The translations under genes and the position numbers were made by a program. Shown one piece after another: positions 54,780-64,000 of a DNA stretch of 64,000 bases (position 1 is the first letter of the stretch; each line of letters opens with the position of its first letter). This DNA is from an uncultured Actinomycetes bacterium (lineage in GTDB: Bacteria; Actinomycetota; UBA4738; HRBIN12). The stretch spans positions 3,911 to 67,910 of the forward strand of contig CAVYBY010000007.1 of the NCBI GenBank assembly GCA_963766935.1. Reading direction: 5' to 3'. The notes below the pieces were generated by a model. The model did no database searches and was not told the DNA's origin. It saw nothing but the letters and a program-made list of their open reading frames with translations.

Positions 54780-56071
54780 GTGCGCACGAACGTCCCGAGA
54801 ACCTGCGCCGTCTGAACCACGCTCGGCAGGAACGTCCGCTCCTCCCCTCCGTGGGCGCCCTCCGCGAGTGGTCCGAGGCATACGGCCGGAACGCCTCCAT
54901 ACAGACCGAAGAGCCTGGCGTCCGTCGTGCCGGTCGTCGCCAGGAGCGAGGGCGGACCACCGCTCTGGCGGGCGAACGCGTCGGCGAGCGTGGTCACGAG
55001 CGGATGCGCCGGATCGATCGCATATCCCTCGCAGGCGAAGCCCCGGTACTCGACCTCCGGCGGACCGGCCGACGGTGTCACGAGCGCGGCCATCGCCGCC
55101 TCGATCCGGTCCTGAAGATCACGCACGCGCATCCCCGGGTACAGGGCGATCCGGAAGTCGACCAGGCACTCGCCCGGAACGGTGGACGCCCAGTCCCCCG
55201 CGTGGATGGCGCCGACGTTCAGCGCGATCGGATGCTCGTATTGGTCGTAGGGCGGGGGCGGGTTCGCGTTGAGCTCCTGCTCCAGAAGATGAAGCGCGCG
55301 GATCACCCCGTAGCTCCGCTCGATCGGGTTCTGCCCGGCATCGGCCTCCGCCCCGTGACCGGGCACGCCCCGGATGCGAGCGCGGAACCACAGAACCCCG
55401 ACCTGTGACGTCGTGATCCCGGCTCCGAACGGCTCGGCGATCACCGCCGCATCGGCCGTGTACCCCGCAAGCAGCGTCTGCAACGTGCCGTTGCCGGTGC
55501 ATTCCTCCTCGACGACCGATTCAACGTGGACCGGTCCGTGCGGTCGCAGACCGAGCGCGCGCAGGCCCTTGATCGCCCCGAGGATCGCCACGAGGCCGCC
55601 CTTCATGTCCGCGGAACCGCGCCCGACGAGCCATCCGTCCTCGACGCGAGGGACGAAGGGATCGCCGGTCCAGGCGAACCGTGGCTCCGGGCTGACGACG
55701 TCGATGTGGCCGTTGAGGATCAGGGACCGTCCGGCGGCACCGTCGAGCGGCTCCCAGGTCGCCACGACGTTCGACTTGCCGTCCACGTCCCAGTCGAAGG
55801 GCGAGTGGCCGGGATGGGAACGCAATGCGGCGGCGTCCATCGCGACGTCGACCGGGACCAGACCGATCTCTCGCAGGGCGTCGCGGACGACGATCTGGCC
55901 CGCCTCCTCGTTTCCGAGGGTCGTGTCGACGGAGACGAGCCGGGCCAGCAGATCGGTCATCCAATCGGTCTCGGACGCCACCGCCTGCGCGATGGCCTCG
56001 TCACTTGCAACTCCCGGCGCAACGCTTGGTGCGCCGCTTGCGCGTTCCGCGGCGTTCGGCAAGGGTTGCAT
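54755..56071 (-). CDS. M20 family ArgE/DapE-like deacylase
   Basis: LNGHIDVV, GRGSADMKGG, VEEE, GTTDARL, AHGGEE. Confidence 0.9.
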   Translation of the reverse strand: MQPLPNAAERASGAPSVAPGVASDEAIAQAVASETDWMTDLLARLVSVDTTLGNEEAGQIVVRDALREIGLVPVDVAMDAAALRSHPGHSPFDWDVDGKSNVVATWEPLDGAAGRSLILNGHIDVVSPEPRFAWTGDPFVPRVEDGWLVGRGSADMKGGLVAILGAIKGLRALGLRPHGPVHVESVVEEECTGNGTLQTLLAGYTADAAVIAEPFGAGITTSQVGVLWFRARIRGVPGHGAEADAGQNPIERSYGVIRALHLLEQELNANPPPPYDQYEHPIALNVGAIHAGDWASTVPGECLVDFRIALYPGMRVRDLQDRIEAAMAALVTPSAGPPEVEYRGFACEGYAIDPAHPLVTTLADAFARQSGGPPSLLATTGTTDARLFGLYGGVPAVCLGPLAEGAHGGEERTFLPSVVQTAQVLGTFVRTWCGLSFT

Positions 56072-56181
56072 CGCAGCCCAGCGTATCGGCCGGCGGAGAT
56101 GGCCGGCCGAGTCCGGCGGGCCTCAAGCAAGAGGCGCCACCTGCCGATGGAGCAGGTATGCGTCCGAGGGGTGGTCTAGGC

Positions 56182-57456
56182 ATGCGTGTCCGCGCACCAG
56201 GTTTGGTTGCCGCCACCACAGTCCTCCTGCTCCTCACGTCGTTCGGAGGTCGCGCGGCAGCTTCCGGCGGAACGGGCCGATCGGCCGGCGACGCCGGCTC
56301 GGGCCCTCCACCGCTGCCGCACGCCGGGAGCGTGGCGGTGACGGCGCAGTCGGCGATCACCTGGTCCGACCTCGACGCCGGCGACGCGTGGGCTCGCCCG
56401 GCCATCAATGCGGTCGCCGGAGCGGAGAAATGGATGCGCGACACCGCCCCCGATGCGCAGGGTGTCGCAAGGTTTCGCCCCGACTCGCTCGAACGACGAT
56501 CGTTGTTCGCCCGCGCGCTCGTCCGTGCGTTCGTGCCACCGTCCGAGCGAACCGTGGACCCGTCCATCCGCTTTCCGGACTTCAAGCGATCCCTGCCGTT
56601 GTCGCAGTGGGCGAACATCGCCGTCGGACTCGGATGGATGGGACGAACGGCTTCCGGCGGATTCAACCCGAACGGACCGGTCACGACCATCGTGGTCCAC
56701 CGGGCGCTGATCGACGTGCTCGGGCTGCGAGACGTCGCCAAGCAGTTGAATGCCTTGTCGACGACCAACGGCTATGTGTTCGCGAAGCCGGCCGGGTTCG
56801 GACCGCTGTTGCTCGGGATGCGCCTTGGTCTTCGGTTCGACAACGACGACGAGAGCCAGGACGTCGGGCCGAGGACGCCGCTCGTTCGCAAGCAGGTTGC
56901 GTACTCGCTGTGGCGGGCCGCCACGCTCGACGATGGGACGATCTCCTGGATCCGCGGCCAGTACGAACACGCCACGCTGCCGCGAATGGGACCGACGCGG
57001 CGCGCCATCGTCGAGTGGGGCCTTCGCTACGTCGGCTACCCGTACGTCTGGGGGGGCGAGTGGGGCTTCGACACGACTCCGCCCGGCGGGTTCGGCTCGC
57101 AGCCGGTGCCCGGCTTCGACTGCTCAGGTCTGACCTGGTGGACGCTCAAGGCCGATGACGGCGGGGCGTGGGACGTCGCGCCGCCGAGGCCCTACGCGGG
57201 CTGGAACATCGCCGAGCGAAGCTCGGCCCAGATGGCGACCAAGTCCAACTTCCGCCGGTTCGACGAGCTGCGCATCGGGGACATGGCGTTCTACGACGGC
57301 GACGGCGATGGCACGGTCGACCACGTGGATGTCTACGTGGGAAGCGGGTGGGCCCTGGACTCCTCCGGTGGTGCCGGCGGGGTCACGCTCATGTGGATCG
57401 GCGACGGCTGGTACCGGGACCACTTCGTCTCGGGCCGGCATCTCAGCGCGCACTAG
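56182..57456 (+). CDS. Secreted SLH-domain NlpC/P60 (C40) peptidoglycan hydrolase
   Basis: Signal peptide; SLH-like repeats (WSDL..DAWARPAI...FRPD, FPDF...WANIAVGLGWM...GFNPNGPVT); YVGYPYVWGG, FDCSGL, DHVDVY. Confidence 0.8.
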   Translation: MRVRAPGLVAATTVLLLLTSFGGRAAASGGTGRSAGDAGSGPPPLPHAGSVAVTAQSAITWSDLDAGDAWARPAINAVAGAEKWMRDTAPDAQGVARFRPDSLERRSLFARALVRAFVPPSERTVDPSIRFPDFKRSLPLSQWANIAVGLGWMGRTASGGFNPNGPVTTIVVHRALIDVLGLRDVAKQLNALSTTNGYVFAKPAGFGPLLLGMRLGLRFDNDDESQDVGPRTPLVRKQVAYSLWRAATLDDGTISWIRGQYEHATLPRMGPTRRAIVEWGLRYVGYPYVWGGEWGFDTTPPGGFGSQPVPGFDCSGLTWWTLKADDGGAWDVAPPRPYAGWNIAERSSAQMATKSNFRRFDELRIGDMAFYDGDGDGTVDHVDVYVGSGWALDSSGGAGGVTLMWIGDGWYRDHFVSGRHLSAH

Positions 57457-57466
57457 GCGCACCGGG

Positions 57467-57871
57467 TCAGCTCGGGCCCGGTCCCGCGGCGACCGCGGCC
57501 TCCAGAACGGTTCGTTCCACGTCCGTGAGCGGGCGGCTGCGGGCGGCCTTCGCATCCCGAGGCACCACGACCGACTCCGACTCGGCGGACAGCGTGCCGT
57601 CCGCCTTCTCGACGCGCTCCCAGGTTCGGATGCTGGACCTGCTGTAGCCCGAGACGCCGCAACGCACGACCACCTCGCGATCGTCCTGCGTCAGCTCTGC
57701 CCGGTAGTCGATCGCGACGCGAGCCAGCACGAAGTCCCAGGCTCGCTCGCCGAACAGCTGCTGGACCAGCCGGTCCCGGGCCTCCTCCAGGTAGCTGAGG
57801 TAGACGGCGTTGTTGACGTGACCGTAGGCGTCCACGTCGCGCCACCGGATGGGGAGCCGCACCTCGATCAC
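57467..57871 (-). CDS. Acyl-CoA thioesterase (4HBT/YbgC hot-dog family)
   Basis: IRWRDVDAYGHVNNAVYLSYLEEAR. Confidence 0.9.
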   Translation of the reverse strand: MIEVRLPIRWRDVDAYGHVNNAVYLSYLEEARDRLVQQLFGERAWDFVLARVAIDYRAELTQDDREVVVRCGVSGYSRSSIRTWERVEKADGTLSAESESVVVPRDAKAARSRPLTDVERTVLEAAVAAGPGPS

Positions 57872-57911
57872 GAACCCATCCTGCCACGCGCGCGACGGCC
57901 CAATGGCACGA

Positions 57912-57964
57912 GGGCCCCGGACCGGGGAGGGGTCCGGGGCCCCCGATATGGAGAGAGGGCTCCA
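57912..57964 (-). ncRNA. Tandem hairpins with pyrimidine-rich loops (candidate sRNA or terminator element)
   Basis: Minus strand: TGGAG-CCCTCT-CTCCA, then a 12-bp stem GGGCCCCGGACC-CCTCCCC-GGTCCGGGGCCC. Confidence 0.3.
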
Positions 57965-58042
57965 ACGAGGTTTTCGGCGGACTCAGCCCCGCGGTTCATC
58001 CGGATCGCGCCGGATTCGTTGCGATCGTGTTGCGAGACGCGA

Positions 58043-58066
58043 ACGGGACCCCCGAAGGGGTCCCGT
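58043..58066 (-). terminator. groEL terminator hairpin
   Basis: ACGGGACCCC-ttcg-GGGGTCCCGT, a 10-bp stem with a UUCG loop about 25 nt after the groEL stop. Confidence 0.75.
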
Positions 58067-58089
58067 CGACGAACCGTACCGCTGCCGGA

Positions 58090-61656
<3,567 letters not shown>

Positions 61657-61712
61657 ATGCGGGCCCGGGGATGCCTTTCGGTGTAAACTCCGCTTGTGGC
61701 TGAGGGAGTCGC

Positions 61713-63283
61713 TTGACGCCTGGGGCATCCGATCGGATCCGCGTCCTGGTGGTCGACGACGATGCGGCGATCCGCGATGCGCTCGCAGACGTCATCGGCG
61801 GAGCGCCCGACCTCGACCTCGTCGGCATCGCCGACGATGCGGACGAGGCGATCGCGGCTGCGACCGCGACGCGGCCGGACATCGCCCTCGTGGACGTCCA
61901 CATGCCCGGCGGTGGACCCGCCGTCGTCGAAGCGATCCGCCGGCAACATCCCGCATGCAGCATCCTCGCGCTCTCCGCATTCGAAGAACGGCAGATCGGT
62001 GCTCGAGATGCTTCTCGCCGGAGCCTCGGGCTACGTGGTGAAGGGCGTTTCGACCTCGGAGATCCTCGAGTCGATCCGGCGCACCACGCGCCGCCAGGCG
62101 AGCCTCTCGGTCGACATGCTCTCCGAGCTCGTCGGCCAGCTCGAGCCGGAGGTGCCGGATCTGAACCCGCCCGCGGTCGAGCCGCAGCGGAGCCAGAAGC
62201 CGGCCCTGGACCTGATCGAGTTCGCTCCCGACGCGGTCGTTGCCTCCGACGTCACCGGTCGGATCGTCCTGGTGAACGAGCAGACCGAGCGCATGTTCGG
62301 CATCGAGCGCAAGGATCTGCTGGGCCAACCGGTCGAGCAGTTGCTGTCGGAGCAATTTCGCCAGGCGTACGTGGGCCACCGCGATGCCTACCTTCAGAAG
62401 CGAACGAGGCAGCCGGTCGGACCGCCGCTGCAGTTGCAGGGCCGGCACGTCGACGGGACCGAGTTCCCCGTCGACATCAGTCTCGCGTCGCTCGACACCG
62501 AAGAGGGGCCACTGGTGGTTGCCTTCGTCCGGGACGTGATCGAGCGCGAGCGAGTCGCAGCGGAGGTCGCGCAAGCTCGAGGCCGCCATCCGCGAGGAGG
62601 AGGTCCAGCGCGAGCTGATCAAGCTGGTGGTGAAGGCGCAGGACGAAGAGCGAGTCAGGATCGCCGGAGAGGTTCATGACGACTCGGTCCAAGTGATGAC
62701 GGCGGCGCTGATGCGGCTGCAGCTGCTTCGCGAACAGATCTCGGATGCGGACCACCTCGTGATCCTGGGGCGGCTCGAAGGGACGATGCAGGAAGCGATC
62801 AAGCGGCTTCGACGCCTTCTGTTCGTCCTGCATCCCCGCGAGCTCGACACCGAGGGGCTGGTCTCGACCCTTCGGACCTACCTGCAAGATCTCGGGCACG
62901 ACTCGCTGATTCGCTCCCAGCTCAACGACCAGCTCGCTCGCGAACCGTCTCCGGATGTCCGGGCGATCCTCTACCGCATCGCGCTCGAAGGCGTGACCAA
63001 CGCGGTGAAGCACTCACGCGCGGACCACCTCGAGGTGACCCTCGAGTCGGAGCGAGAGGGCGTCCTGCTGCGCATTCGTGACGACGGCCGGGGCATGGAT
63101 GAGGCGGAGACCCTCTCGCCCGGCCACCTCGGCATCACGACGATGCGCGAGCGCGCAAAGATGGCCGGGGGTCAGCTTCGGATCGACAGCACGCCGGACG
63201 GGACGACGGTGGAAGCGTGGCTCCCGGACGCGGGAACCGACGTGGTCGACGTCTCCGACGGAACCCCCGTCGGCGCCGGCTGA
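61713..63283 (+). CDS. Hybrid sensor kinase REC-PAS-HisKA_3-HATPase (two apparent +1 frameshifts near 61990 and 62570)
   Basis: VLVVDDD...VDVHMPG...GYVVK (REC), PDAVV...VNEQTERMFG...DGTEFPVDISL (PAS), EERVRIAGEVHDD (HisKA_3), EGVTNAVKHS...DDGRG...GHLGI (HATPase). Confidence 0.8.
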
Positions 63284-63296
63284 GCGCCGGCCGGCG

Positions 63297-63719
63297 CTAG
63301 GAGCGGTCGAGTCCCCAGCTCGCGACGCGCTGCACCTGGATCTCGACCATCACCGAGGTCCGCTCCTCGATCGGCGAGTCCACCTCGTACTGGGCGTACT
63401 TGCGATACAGCAGGTCCCGGTTGCGCTGAAACTCGAAGCCGGTCTCGATCAGGAATGCGCGTCCGAAGACCACGACCTGCTTGAGGGCGCTCCAGACCTC
63501 CGTGTACTCGTCGAAGCAGACGGCCACGGCCGGGTTCGACCGGATGTTTCGCACCTTCTGGGTCTCCGTCTCGGTCGCGAAGACGAGCCGGTCGAGATCG
63601 AGCACCGGCGAGACCGGGATGACATGGGGAATGCCGTCGGGCCGCACCGTTGCGAGATGGGCGGTCCGCAGCCGCTCCACGAACATGGCCTCCGCGGCCG
63701 TGAACCTGGCGCCCTCCAC
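63297..63719 (-). CDS. Pyridoxamine 5'-phosphate oxidase-like (split-barrel flavin/F420-binding) protein
   Basis: AHLATVRPDGIPHVIPV, KVRNIRSNPAVAV. Confidence 0.85.
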   Translation of the reverse strand: MEGARFTAAEAMFVERLRTAHLATVRPDGIPHVIPVSPVLDLDRLVFATETETQKVRNIRSNPAVAVCFDEYTEVWSALKQVVVFGRAFLIETGFEFQRNRDLLYRKYAQYEVDSPIEERTSVMVEIQVQRVASWGLDRS

Positions 63720-63722
63720 CGG

Positions 63723-64000
63723 CTAGTCCTCCGTTCCGGCTCCGGCCTCGACCATGGACTCGATCTGATCGACGATCTCCGCATTCGCCAGCGTGGTGAC
63801 GTCGCCGAGCGGGCGGCCGCGCGCCACGTCGCGCAGGAGCCGGCGCATGATCTTGCCCGAGCGGGTCTTGGGAAGGTCGTTGGTGAAGATGATCCCGTGC
63901 GGACGCGCGATCTTCCCGATCACCTTGGCCACGTGATCCCGGAGCTCGGTCGCCATCCGATCGTCGCCCTCGTAGCCGCTCTTCAGCGTCACGAACGCGA
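63723..64000 (-). CDS. acsA: Acetyl-CoA synthetase, C-terminal fragment (5' part outside the window)
   Basis: FVTLKSG...IGKIARP...LPKTRSGKIMRRLLR...GDVTTLAN. Confidence 0.92.
   Translation of the reverse strand, partial: AFVTLKSGYEGDDRMATELRDHVAKVIGKIARPHGIIFTNDLPKTRSGKIMRRLLRDVARGRPLGDVTTLANAEIVDQIESMVEAGAGTED

Overview
A 64-kb window of high-GC (~70%) bacterial DNA that looks like Actinomycetota (inferred from the CIRCE-controlled stand-alone groEL, MMPL/TetR pair, DUF6457 and PPOX/F420-type genes). It holds about 57 protein genes. I found no rRNA, tRNA, CRISPR array, transposase or integrase. The left 30 kb is an amine / one-carbon catabolic island. It contains an IclR regulator, sarcosine oxidase soxBDAG with an MmcQ/YjbR gene inserted, a dimethylglycine oxidase, MetF, a DmdA-like THF demethylase, choline dehydrogenase and two aldehyde dehydrogenases. 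It also has an APC permease, an NDP-forming acyl-CoA ligase with a crotonase, a flavin amine oxidase and a polyamine ABC transporter. Embedded in it is an uncharacterised module: two paralogous Icc-like metallophosphoesterases with a non-canonical GNDD/ANDD motif, plus a Pol-beta-fold nucleotidyltransferase-like protein. A 17-bp palindrome, GTTGC-N7-GCAAC, occurs upstream of iclR (one mismatch), the dmdA-like gene and the phosphoesterase operon, which points to co-regulation. The best candidates for new biology are (i) this phosphoesterase-pair/NTase/permease/ALDH module and (ii) the DmdA-like enzyme as the missing betaine demethylase. The right half is mixed housekeeping and accessory content. 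Notable items there are a MogA-XdhC fusion, an M20/ATP-grasp/C45 operon, an HPPY-motif HemK, a KamA-nitrilase pair, an SLH-NlpC/P60 protein and a REC-PAS-HisKA_3 kinase. Six genes carry single-base indels, densely in kamA and an S9 peptidase; these are most likely long-read assembly errors. All family assignments come from motif recognition by eye; no database search was run.
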